Source: Candidatus Micrarchaeia archaeon
GTDB lineage: Archaea > Micrarchaeota > Micrarchaeia > CAILAH01
Direction of reading: 5' to 3'
DNA: 20,154 nucleotides
Assembly (NCBI GenBank): GCA_049970015.1
Contig: JBMFNT010000014.1
Coordinates: 1-20,154 of the forward strand
The stretch's first letter is position 1; every line of letters starts with the position of its first letter. Under the pieces are notes generated by a model that saw only the letters and a program-made list of their open reading frames with translations, was not told the DNA's origin and made no database searches. Shown here piece by piece: positions 8,201-15,574 of this stretch. The translations under genes and the position numbers were made by a program.

Positions 8201-8877
8201 ACTGTGTACCAGGCGTTTACGATCGAGGTTACGTTTATGTCATTACAATAACCAGGAACGATTGTTACATCAGAATATGCAGTCTTACCTCCATAATCTG
8301 CACGTATTCTGACCGTACCCGTTCTCTTCCCTACAAACATTACCTGGTCAGGACTGAGGCCTGCCTGGGAGAGGTTTCCCATCGTAGCATCAGTAAGCGA
8401 AAATGATGGTGAGGGGGTTATGTAATTCCCATTCGAATCATAAGCAAGTGCGCGTACTATGTATGGATAACCTGCAGCCACCGTGAATGAACTCGGATCC
8501 AAAACCAGGGTCTGCACATTAGATTCGCACGATATCCCTGGTCTCAGCTCAACCATTGCTTGCATATTGTTAACTGTATTTTTGACATAGTAAGTACCCA
8601 TGGACTGAGTAGAGTCAAACCTGAACTTACATGTACCATCAGAGTTTGTTGTGCATGAAATGCCTGAATCTACTCCGTTCTGTCTGTAGACCTTAACGAG
8701 TGTTGAGGGCGAGGTTGTAACTATAACATCACAATATCTTGGTACAACGCTCGGAAACACTGAAACGCTTGAATCGCGTTGAACCAGTTGCATGTCTCCG
8801 CGTATGTTAACAACGAATGCAGAGACTGTTGCAAAAAGGAACAGCACAAACATTGCTATGTATATGTTGTTTTTCAT
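5227..8877 (-). CDS. Large secreted adhesin-like protein with Ig-like (Big_1/invasin, Big_2) and carboxypeptidase-regulatory-like repeats
   Basis: 1216 aa with an N-terminal signal peptide. Four G.V.D/N..G.P...A.V...T..NG.Y units. Invasin-type units (ANVTDRYDNPVEGVQVDF; ATLLDTNGRPIQGQQVWF). Big_2-type WSSSNPVVATIDQQTGIATA. RBS GGTGAGG upstream. Confidence 0.85.
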   Translation of the reverse strand: MKNNIYIAMFVLFLFATVSAFVVNIRGDMQLVQRDSSVSVFPSVVPRYCDVIVTTSPSTLVKVYRQNGVDSGISCTTNSDGTCKFRFDSTQSMGTYYVKNTVNNMQAMVELRPGISCESNVQTLVLDPSSFTVAAGYPYIVRALAYDSNGNYITPSPSFSLTDATMGNLSQAGLSPDQVMFVGKRTGTVRIRADYGGKTAYSDVTIVPGYCNDINVTSIVNAWYTVGSTIVIDAKTTDTYGNDKGDVQVTLKYYMPDGTVSTLTNTSNASGDVQFVEEIGIKAGNGRIELLPYKPILCAQNKAEYNFEVKPDNPYMVEVIPQYTVKSVGQTQQYVANVYDKYSNRISNPNIRWSSSNPVVATIDQQTGIATAMFPGQSTITAEAYYPIVRNALICEFPGMCRVGPKLDWYSVNGTAQMTVSNGAANDIVLSPMNADVPAGDTLQFSAVVYDVHGAQIQNPSLTWSTDVGTITGNGLFTAQSKVGSGVVNVSYNGITKSATVNVIPNAPARIDAVATEQVVPVNSITQLYANVTDRYDNPVEGVQVDFEILSGDATIDRFDPTDANGIAPLYVLTGNSEGTVIVKMTVSGTSISDTTSFMVVVPNATITGTVLDSMNNPVDNAVVLVENTPYQNTTDANGRYVIYDVSLDGVYNITASKNGYTSMTVEHEIHKNTVYAIDFSLIKYAHVSGSVTDSSGTPIQNANVSIIRNGAQVASMLTQANGGYMLEIAPVPNYGYTVQAVATGYQPKSVDTVIMPGDSLVLNFNMGDQDNDPPLIYFVGQTPAADSYVKGIVVIETLASDPNYDSTEIIVNGQQVAVCSTITCSASVNTAQLQDGQVLVEAVARDKGGLTSTVSRNLFIDNIPPIVEFIPPTPANGSEQSSPFVVNVSADDATGINKIVISINGNNAVECNGNVCSYTIDPALYSGVITVVGTAYSELNSNSTQRQFNITQQGQQAATLLVSANPSNVLTGENSIITATLLDTNGRPIQGQQVWFTSSGGVLNPTSNTTDSNGHATVSFSSQNVGTFTVNAVAGQLTNSTQVTVSAPAQSGALAGTITNASGVPLSGAVVELYKNNQKLFETTTNQNGQYSINVPADRYDIVVSYSGYLSAREYGVVVSAGQTTTKDYVLTKLSRLYGTVSNETGSPVAGATLKAYRNGQLIATVQSQADGSYEFIIASGVYVVETTHPDYYRALYTIYVPPVSEVQKNVVLYR

Positions 8878-8887
8878 CTTAATTACC

Positions 8888-11383
8888 TCACCAGTTTATT
8901 ACTATACCTATTTGCGGGAGCAGTATAGTGTTTTCACCCAGCTTCATGTACTCCAGCCCTCCCTTTATCTGCGAACTTTCACCTATTTTTACATTGATAT
9001 TACCAAAAATGCCATACCCTGTGGCTACCTTGTCTTTATCAACACAGCTGAAATCATATACATTCTCACCCAATTTGCACGTGCCGCCATCAAACCTCAC
9101 AGACCTTCCATTCTCCTCTCCTACAAGTGCAACCACACCAATGTTTAACCATTTTAATGTTAGCGAAGCACCGGCCTCACCTGCAAGCACCCTATCATAG
9201 AATTGACCTGCATCAGAGCCAGTGCCGACAACCCCTAAAACAATGTTCGGGTAAACGCTTGAATCATAAGTAAGTGGAACCTGAAGTCGTAGATTACCTG
9301 TTATGTTCTGGTAGGTTACATCATTTATCCTGTCTTTTTGCCCGTTTGCATACAGGTTGGCATCTACTATTACCGGATACTTACTATCATTGTTCCAATA
9401 CTTCATATTGAGAGTTGTGGGGCGGTTCTTAACAAATTCCGTCCCGAAATCTAACTGCAGTGGCCCGTTTGCATGCATTGATAGCCCATGCATTATCTCA
9501 CCACTTATAGGATCATTCCTCAATGTTAACAGAGTATGTATCGATTCATTACCTAATTTTATAAGTGGGCCTATGCCAAAAAACGGGTATGTCCTCCAAC
9601 CATAATTTTCACTGCCGCCAAGAGAATAGTTGTGGATATTCATGCCAACAATGGCTGAGAGCCCAAGATTATCCGTAAGAGGAATAATACCTATAAGAAC
9701 TGGGAGTTGTGTGCCTGATTCTACTATATTATTATTTCCGAATATGTCAGGATAAGTTATGAAATTGTTTAATGTGAGTATGGTAAGCTCATACCTGTTT
9801 CCACCATGTTGCACTGATGGCTCTTTTTCTTCATAGTCGCTTATAGATGGTTCCTCTTCCTCAGGTTCGGATTTGGTTTGTTGAGATGCCAAAACTGCCT
9901 CAGAACCCTTCTTCTCTTCCACATCGCTCAAACTATCTTCGAGTTTTTTCAGCTCATCACGCTTCTTATTTTTCTCTTCTTCCAGGCCTTTTATATCTTT
10001 CTCCAACTGTTCCTTATCTTCCTTCAACTGTTTCATATTATTCTCTAACTGCTCAAGCTTTTTGCGCATCTCGTCTATCTGGTTGCTAAGTTCAGTAATA
10101 TTTTGATCTTTTTCTTGTGAAGACTTTTTTGCTTCATTCAGTTTTGAATTTATACCGTTCATTTCATCAGCAATCTTTGAAATATTTTCATCTATTCCTT
10201 CCAGCTTCTTCCTTTCTGCTTTAATTCTTTCTTCCTCAGCATTAAGCTCTGCTTTCTTGCTTTCAACCTTCTTTTTCAGTGCATCTACATCTACTTTGTC
10301 TTCAGTCCATTGATTCGCTGTATCCGCCGATGTTTGTTGTTTTTGATTGTTTGCTTTTTCTTGACCATCTCGTTTTTGTCTATATAATTCATAGCCTTTC
10401 GTAAAGTCATCATTTGATTCTGTGGATGATGGTGTATTCTGCCTATTCTTGTTCATAAACTCTGGGCCTTGCCATGCAAGCTTTTGTTTGTTGCCTTTAA
10501 GCAAATTAATGATTTTCTCATTACCTAAAGATTCTGCAAGCATCAAAGGTGTATTGCCCTCTCTATCCTTTTCTTCTGGGTTTGCTCCCCTTGATAACAA
10601 GTATTCCACAGTCTTAGGATAATTTCCTTTGATTGCAAGCATAAGAGGTGTTTTACCCTCCGAATTCTTGAAATTTACATCTGCCTTCTTGTTCTCAACA
10701 AGGTCCATAACTGTGTAGTTGCAACCGTTTGTTAATTTTGTAAGACAGCCTTTGCTTGCGGAATTAAGAAGTTCATTACCAATGGTATTAAGATCAACAA
10801 CCTCAATCTGCGGAGTGTCTATATTCACGGGAGGTTTATCTGCTCCCTGCTCATTTCCTATTTTTATTCCAACCTGCGGTTTTTTTGCCTCTTCCTTCTT
10901 TTTCTGCCTCTTGCCAGGGTATTTGGAGTCATACCAATCCCGGAGACTGTTCTCGTAAAGGTTTTCCACTTTTGAGAAATACTCTTGAGATATGTTATGC
11001 GTCTTAATAACATCACGCGCTGCCGATGTAATCCTTAGGTCTAATTCATTCTTATTACCTGTTTCAATATATTTCTTGTATGCATTCTGCATCTCATCCG
11101 TAAGAACTATAGGTATGGTTTTCTTGAAATTCGGTCCAACTACGGTAATCTCCTTCGTTATTTCTTCAGCACGTGCCGTGTTTACTGCAGGTGGCACTGT
11201 TGAAAGAAGTGTTGCAATGGCAATACCCAGTGAAACCTTGTAAACACCTGCTTTCAATTTCTTAAAAACAGAAGAGTACCACTTATCTGTAGGCTCAACT
11301 TTTAGCGAAGATATCTCTTTTATCACACCATCTTTTTCAATCAAATTAATCTTGCTACCAATCCTTTTTTGTGTCGGACTCAT
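8888..11383 (-). CDS. Ankyrin-repeat / coiled-coil protein with a C-terminal beta-strand-rich (barrel-like) domain
   Basis: 831 aa. Hydrophobic segment at aa ~47-72 ends in ARA. Ankyrin motifs ADVNFKNSEGKTPLMLA and GANPEEKDREGNTPLMLA. Heptad-rich aa ~365-492. Gly/aromatic amphipathic strands at aa ~529-831. RBS GAGGTG at 11389-11394. Confidence 0.8.
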   Translation of the reverse strand: MSPTQKRIGSKINLIEKDGVIKEISSLKVEPTDKWYSSVFKKLKAGVYKVSLGIAIATLLSTVPPAVNTARAEEITKEITVVGPNFKKTIPIVLTDEMQNAYKKYIETGNKNELDLRITSAARDVIKTHNISQEYFSKVENLYENSLRDWYDSKYPGKRQKKKEEAKKPQVGIKIGNEQGADKPPVNIDTPQIEVVDLNTIGNELLNSASKGCLTKLTNGCNYTVMDLVENKKADVNFKNSEGKTPLMLAIKGNYPKTVEYLLSRGANPEEKDREGNTPLMLAESLGNEKIINLLKGNKQKLAWQGPEFMNKNRQNTPSSTESNDDFTKGYELYRQKRDGQEKANNQKQQTSADTANQWTEDKVDVDALKKKVESKKAELNAEEERIKAERKKLEGIDENISKIADEMNGINSKLNEAKKSSQEKDQNITELSNQIDEMRKKLEQLENNMKQLKEDKEQLEKDIKGLEEEKNKKRDELKKLEDSLSDVEEKKGSEAVLASQQTKSEPEEEEPSISDYEEKEPSVQHGGNRYELTILTLNNFITYPDIFGNNNIVESGTQLPVLIGIIPLTDNLGLSAIVGMNIHNYSLGGSENYGWRTYPFFGIGPLIKLGNESIHTLLTLRNDPISGEIMHGLSMHANGPLQLDFGTEFVKNRPTTLNMKYWNNDSKYPVIVDANLYANGQKDRINDVTYQNITGNLRLQVPLTYDSSVYPNIVLGVVGTGSDAGQFYDRVLAGEAGASLTLKWLNIGVVALVGEENGRSVRFDGGTCKLGENVYDFSCVDKDKVATGYGIFGNINVKIGESSQIKGGLEYMKLGENTILLPQIGIVINW

Positions 11384-11423
11384 ACATACACCTCAAAATA
11401 TGAACAGTTAGGAAGTGCTATGG

Positions 11424-11439
11424 TTTATATACTTTTTGG
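11424..11439 (-). promoter_or_regulatory. Archaeal BRE + TATA box upstream of the ankyrin/adhesin cluster
   Basis: Minus strand reads CCAAAAAGTATATAAA, ~40 nt upstream of ATG 11383, with RBS GAGGTG in between. Confidence 0.6.
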
Positions 11440-11467
11440 TTTTGTAGGCCAGCAATCTAAAAAACAA

Positions 11468-12313
11468 TCACATCTCTTTTACCAGAACCTGTTGCACATA
11501 ACCAAGAAGCTCTGATGGAAGATAGAATGGCCCTTTATCCTTACCTATAAGTATACCTGCTGACTTCATAACACGTGCCCCAAGCAATGCCGAATCATAA
11601 ACCGGAATACCCTGTCCAATGAAAGATGCACAAAGACCGGCAAGCAAATCGCCCGTACCGCCCTTTGCCAGATAGACTGATTTCTTGCTCTTATCAGGAA
11701 CATCTTTGGTCAGCTTACCTGGTGATGCAACATAATCTGTTGAGCCTTTTGCAAGTATTGTACACCCAAGTTTGCACGCAAGCTCCTCAACTGTCTTCTT
11801 GTTGGGCATCTCGCCTTTTGAGAGCACTCCAAACTCTCTTATGTTAGGTATTAGAAGGTCACATTCCCTTAACTTAAGCTCGTGCACACAGTATAACGCA
11901 TCCGCATCAAAAATGAACGGAATATTTGTAAGGTTTTCATGAAGCTTTTTTACAAGGTCAAATGTCTTCTTCTTTCTACCCATTCCACTACCTACAAGAA
12001 GCGCGCTTACCTTTTTTTCAACTAATGGGCGAATTGTATTATACTGACTATCAGAAAGGTAATCGCAATCGATAGGTACTGCAATTATATCTGGAGCATA
12101 TGCTGCAGCTATGTCAGCCGCGCGTTTTGGGGCGGCGATAGTTACAAGGTCAATGCCACCTATGTATGCCGCAAGCGCATTAAATATTATCGCGCCCGTA
12201 TACTGTCTGCTCCCGCCAACAATCAACAGGTGGCCATAGTCATACTTCTTCGAGTCTATGGGCCTGTTAATCAGGTCTTTAAACTCGCGCACAACAATCT
12301 CAGGTGCTGGCAT
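11468..12313 (-). CDS. nnrD: ADP/ATP-dependent NAD(P)H-hydrate dehydratase (YjeF C-terminal, carbohydrate kinase family)
   Basis: RPIDSKKYDYGHLLIVGGSRQYTGA, VGSGMG, FDADAL, PNIREF, LAKG and LAKGGTGDLLAG motifs. Confidence 0.9.
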   Translation of the reverse strand: MPAPEIVVREFKDLINRPIDSKKYDYGHLLIVGGSRQYTGAIIFNALAAYIGGIDLVTIAAPKRAADIAAAYAPDIIAVPIDCDYLSDSQYNTIRPLVEKKVSALLVGSGMGRKKKTFDLVKKLHENLTNIPFIFDADALYCVHELKLRECDLLIPNIREFGVLSKGEMPNKKTVEELACKLGCTILAKGSTDYVASPGKLTKDVPDKSKKSVYLAKGGTGDLLAGLCASFIGQGIPVYDSALLGARVMKSAGILIGKDKGPFYLPSELLGYVQQVLVKEM

Positions 12314-12322
12314 ATGTGATTA

Positions 12323-12345
12323 TTATAAAAGTATGCATTTATAAA
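12323..12345. promoter_or_regulatory. Divergent TATA boxes between nnrD and tRNA-Lys
   Basis: TTATAAAA at 12323-12330 and palindromic TTTATAAA at 12338-12345. The latter lies ~25 nt from the nnrD ATG, consistent with a leaderless mRNA. Confidence 0.55.
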
Positions 12346-12361
12346 TTTCAAGTATCGCACT

Positions 12362-12436
12362 GGGCCCGTAACTCAGCTTGGCTAGAGTGCCTGGCTTTTA
12401 ACCAGGAAGTCCGGGGTTCAAATCCCCGCGGGCCCG
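12362..12436 (+). tRNA. tRNA-Lys (anticodon UUU), intronless, CCA not encoded
   Basis: Acceptor stem GGGCCCG/CGGGCCC plus discriminator G. D-arm ACTCAGCTTGGCTAGAGT. Anticodon arm CCTGG-CTTTTAA-CCAGG (TTT at 12397-12399). T-arm CGGGG-TTCAAAT-CCCCG. Confidence 0.97.
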
Positions 12437-12527
12437 TCATTAAGATCTAGAGAAAACTAAAGAGGGTGTGCATCTCCAGACTTTCTCGCGCCTTTCAATT
12501 TTAAATGTTTGTGTATAATTTAACTAT

Positions 12528-12836
12528 ATGGTCAATATCACAAAAGATGATGTAATGAATGCACTCAAGCAGGTTGTTGACCCTGAGCTTGGTATAAATG
12601 TGGTTGACCTTGGGCTTATATATAGTATAGATATTAATAATAGTAGAGTGGGTATAAAAATGACATTGACAACACCTATGTGTCCTCTGGCCACGCTCTT
12701 GGTTGAGAATGTCAAGAGTGCAGTTGAGAAGATGGAAGGTGTGAAACATGTTGAGGTTGAGGTAGTGTTTGATCCTCCCTGGTCAATTGAGAAGATAAGG
12801 CCCGAGATACGCGAAAAACTGGGATTGGGGGTGTAA
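12528..12836 (+). CDS. DUF59 / SufT-PaaD-like metal-sulfur cluster assembly protein
   Basis: ALKQVVDPELGINVVDLGLIY, MTLTTPMCP and VFDPPWS motifs. TTTTAAAT box at 12499-12506. Confidence 0.92.
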   Translation: MVNITKDDVMNALKQVVDPELGINVVDLGLIYSIDINNSRVGIKMTLTTPMCPLATLLVENVKSAVEKMEGVKHVEVEVVFDPPWSIEKIRPEIREKLGLGV

Positions 12837-12838
12837 AA

Positions 12839-13573
12839 ATGGTTGTTGAAAATGCTATCAAAACATTTTGCAAAAATCTGGGAATACTTATGGTATTTTC
12901 AATATCTTTTCTGCTTGGGCTGCTGTTGCCAATCCTTGCGAGCGGTCCTACGTATAACGCATCCGGTGGAGTTTTCCTGAGGTTTATGAGCATACCAGAG
13001 ATGAGTGCATTAGATGCATTTGTGATAGCATTCACATTCCTGCTTTCAAACTTTTTTGTTGCGTTCGGGGTTGTTGCTGTCAACCTTATAGTAAAAAGTG
13101 AGAAGACAATGCTCAACATTGCAACAGAAGTCATCAACAATATATCAAAGAGCACATTTACGATATTCATGATATACATATTCCTGTTCCTAGTGAATGC
13201 GTTTGTGCAGGTATTCCTTGTGGAACTGAATGCGCCATACTGGGTGTCAGCATTGGCATTTCTTGCACTATACCTGCCGTTTTTCTACATCGGCCCTGCC
13301 ATAGTTATAGATGAACTCAAGCCTGCACATGCCGTGCGCTCCAGCATTGAACATATGAAAATGTATCCGTGGAGAGTGATTAAATGGGTCATTGTCGGGC
13401 TCGGCCTTCTGATTACAACCTCTTTGGTGACATACTTAATAATTCCTGCATACTTCCAATGGATAACACTGATGTTAAATTCATTTTTAATAATACCTTT
13501 CCTTATAGTGTATCAATCGCACAGTTATATGGAAAAGTTTGGCATACTGAGAACAGAAAAGAAAAAGAGGTGA
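12839..13573 (+). CDS. Hypothetical multi-pass membrane protein
   Basis: 244 aa with about 6 hydrophobic segments. PAIVIDE...AVRSS pattern is reminiscent of DUF975/GDPD-membrane-domain-like proteins. Sits 2 bp after DUF59 and 6 bp before pcn. Confidence 0.75.
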   Translation: MVVENAIKTFCKNLGILMVFSISFLLGLLLPILASGPTYNASGGVFLRFMSIPEMSALDAFVIAFTFLLSNFFVAFGVVAVNLIVKSEKTMLNIATEVINNISKSTFTIFMIYIFLFLVNAFVQVFLVELNAPYWVSALAFLALYLPFFYIGPAIVIDELKPAHAVRSSIEHMKMYPWRVIKWVIVGLGLLITTSLVTYLIIPAYFQWITLMLNSFLIIPFLIVYQSHSYMEKFGILRTEKKKR

Positions 13574-13579
13574 GTATGA

Positions 13580-14326
13580 ATGTTCAAGATAGAGTTTGAG
13601 AATGCGCGCGAGTTCAAGAGCGCAATCGAGGCGTTAAGTAATCTTATAGATGAGGGATCATTCTCAATCAAAAAGGAAGGATTGGGCCTGCATGCACTTG
13701 ACCCATCACAGATCGCAATGGTTGTATTCACAATGCCTAGCAGTGCCTTTGCGGATTATCAGATTGAATCCTCACAAAACGTAGGGCTCAACCTTGAAAA
13801 CCTTAACAAGATTCTAAATAGGGGTAGCACTGAGAAGCTCAGTATATATGATGAGGATAATAGAGTGGTTGTACAGTTCTCTGATGGCAAGTCAAAGAAA
13901 GTATTCAAGGTGCCTGTAATAGATGTTAGCGGTGGGATTGAACGCGAGCCAAAGGTTGAGCACGATGCAGAGGTTTTGATAAATTCAGGAAAGTTTAAAG
14001 ATGCAATAAAAGACATATCACTTGTGAGCTCTCACATAACATTTGAGGCGCGCGGAAAAACACTTAAAATAAGTGCAAGCGGTGATAATGCAGAGGCCAT
14101 GATAGAGTATACTGAAGGTGAAGATGGTGCAATAAAAAAGATGGATGTAAAGAGTGTTGCAAAGGTAACATTCCCAGTACAGTACCTGGATGATATGGTA
14201 AAAGGCGCAGACAACTCAGAAGATGTTGAATTATCATTAAAAACAAATGCACCTCTAAAACTCAAGTATAAATTGGGGAATGCCACGTTTGTATATTACC
14301 TTGCACCAAGGATTGACCTGGAGTAA
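13580..14326 (+). CDS. pcn: DNA polymerase sliding clamp PCNA
   Basis: FKSAIEALSNLIDEG, ALDPSQIAMV and C-terminal YYLAPRID. 248 aa. RBS GAGGTGA upstream. Confidence 0.97.
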   Translation: MFKIEFENAREFKSAIEALSNLIDEGSFSIKKEGLGLHALDPSQIAMVVFTMPSSAFADYQIESSQNVGLNLENLNKILNRGSTEKLSIYDEDNRVVVQFSDGKSKKVFKVPVIDVSGGIEREPKVEHDAEVLINSGKFKDAIKDISLVSSHITFEARGKTLKISASGDNAEAMIEYTEGEDGAIKKMDVKSVAKVTFPVQYLDDMVKGADNSEDVELSLKTNAPLKLKYKLGNATFVYYLAPRIDLE

Positions 14327-14336
14327 AAGAACAAAA

Positions 14337-15554
14337 TTAGAAGATATATTTCATTGCGGAAACTAACCTGCGCACGCTTACATTGTATGCAGCTTCACGG
14401 TAGGAAAGTTTGGGTGATTTTTGCTTTTCTTCCAACACTTTCCTGAACGCGCGTTCCATAACAACCCGTAGCTTTTCAACAACAGCACTGTACTCAAACA
14501 CCTCGCCCTCCCTATTCTGCACCCACTCAAGGTAACTCCCAGAAACACCACCAGCGTTTACAAGCACATCTGGGAATACATTAATCTTTCTCTCATTTAG
14601 TATTGCATCGCCATCTGGTGTTGTTGGGTTGTTTGCGGCCTCAAACACATACTTTGCATTAATCTTATCTGCATTATCTTTTCTGATCTGGTTATCTAAT
14701 GCCGCGGGTACAAGCACATCGCACTCAATCTCAAGCAACCCCTCGTTTGTTATTGTTTCACCCGTTTCATAATCTGCCACAGAATTGCCAGATGTTTTCA
14801 TCTCAATCAATTTTTTTATGTCAAGGCCTTTCGCATTATACACCCCTCCCTTAGAATCGCTCACTGCAACAATTTTGTACCCATTCTCGTGAAGTATGCG
14901 TGCAAGGTTCATGCCAACATTTCCAAAACCCTGTATTGCAATAGATGCAGATTTTTGTATTTTATGCACAGAAAACACAGATGCCATAACATAGTATGCA
15001 CCGCGCCCCGTTGCCTCCTCCCTGCCATTAAGACCACCGAACTCGATCGGCTTACCAGTGAATGTGGCTGGCTGTATCTTCCCCGTCAGCTTATTATACT
15101 CATCAGACATCCATGCCATCGTCTCTCCATCAGTGTTCACATCCGGTGCAGGTATATCAAGGTCTGGGCCTATAAACCTGTAAATGTTCTGTACATATGC
15201 GCGTGATATGCGCTCAACCTCACTCTTGCTGAACTCCTTCGGGTTGAAGCATACCCCTCCCTTGCCACCACCGTAAGGCAACCCTGCAAGCGAGTTTTTT
15301 ATGGTCATAAGCTTTGAGAGAAGGAGCACCTCATCACGATTGACGCCTGGATGATACCTTATACCGCCTTTGTACGGCCCCAGGGCTGAATTGTGCTGTG
15401 ACCTGTACCCAGTTAGAAATACTGTGCTTCCATCATCACGCTTAACAGGAAATGTAAACTCCAATATCCTTTCAGCAAGCCCTATACGTTCTGCATACTT
15501 CTTCTCAACACCTATCCTATCTATTGTATTACGCACATAATCCATATAAACCAT
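14337..15554 (-). CDS. gdhA: Glutamate dehydrogenase (Glu/Leu/Phe/Val dehydrogenase family)
   Basis: GPYKGGIRYHP, GGGKGG, DIPAPDVNT, REEATGRG, IQGFGNVG, EAANNP, PDVLVNAGGV. Confidence 0.93.
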   Translation of the reverse strand: MVYMDYVRNTIDRIGVEKKYAERIGLAERILEFTFPVKRDDGSTVFLTGYRSQHNSALGPYKGGIRYHPGVNRDEVLLLSKLMTIKNSLAGLPYGGGKGGVCFNPKEFSKSEVERISRAYVQNIYRFIGPDLDIPAPDVNTDGETMAWMSDEYNKLTGKIQPATFTGKPIEFGGLNGREEATGRGAYYVMASVFSVHKIQKSASIAIQGFGNVGMNLARILHENGYKIVAVSDSKGGVYNAKGLDIKKLIEMKTSGNSVADYETGETITNEGLLEIECDVLVPAALDNQIRKDNADKINAKYVFEAANNPTTPDGDAILNERKINVFPDVLVNAGGVSGSYLEWVQNREGEVFEYSAVVEKLRVVMERAFRKVLEEKQKSPKLSYREAAYNVSVRRLVSAMKYIF

Positions 15555-15574
15555 CCATTACCTTGTAATCACAC

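Noticed and set aside
3248..8877. Frequent TGCA tetramers as a repeat or methylation signal
   Set aside because: Explained by heavy use of the GCA alanine codon. No periodicity was seen.
11447..11456. GGCCAGCAAT matching the reverse complement of ATTGCTGGCC in the 96-bp repeat
   Set aside because: A single 10-bp match 10 kb away in opposite orientation is compatible with chance.
12362..12527. tRNA-Lys as an integration site (att) of an island
   Set aside because: No integrase in the window and no duplicated tRNA 3' end was seen. The flanking genes are housekeeping.
12712..13179. 155-aa minus-strand ORF, and the other short overlapping ORFs in the track
   Set aside because: They are antisense or out-of-frame overlaps of well-supported genes, with no independent RBS or motif support.
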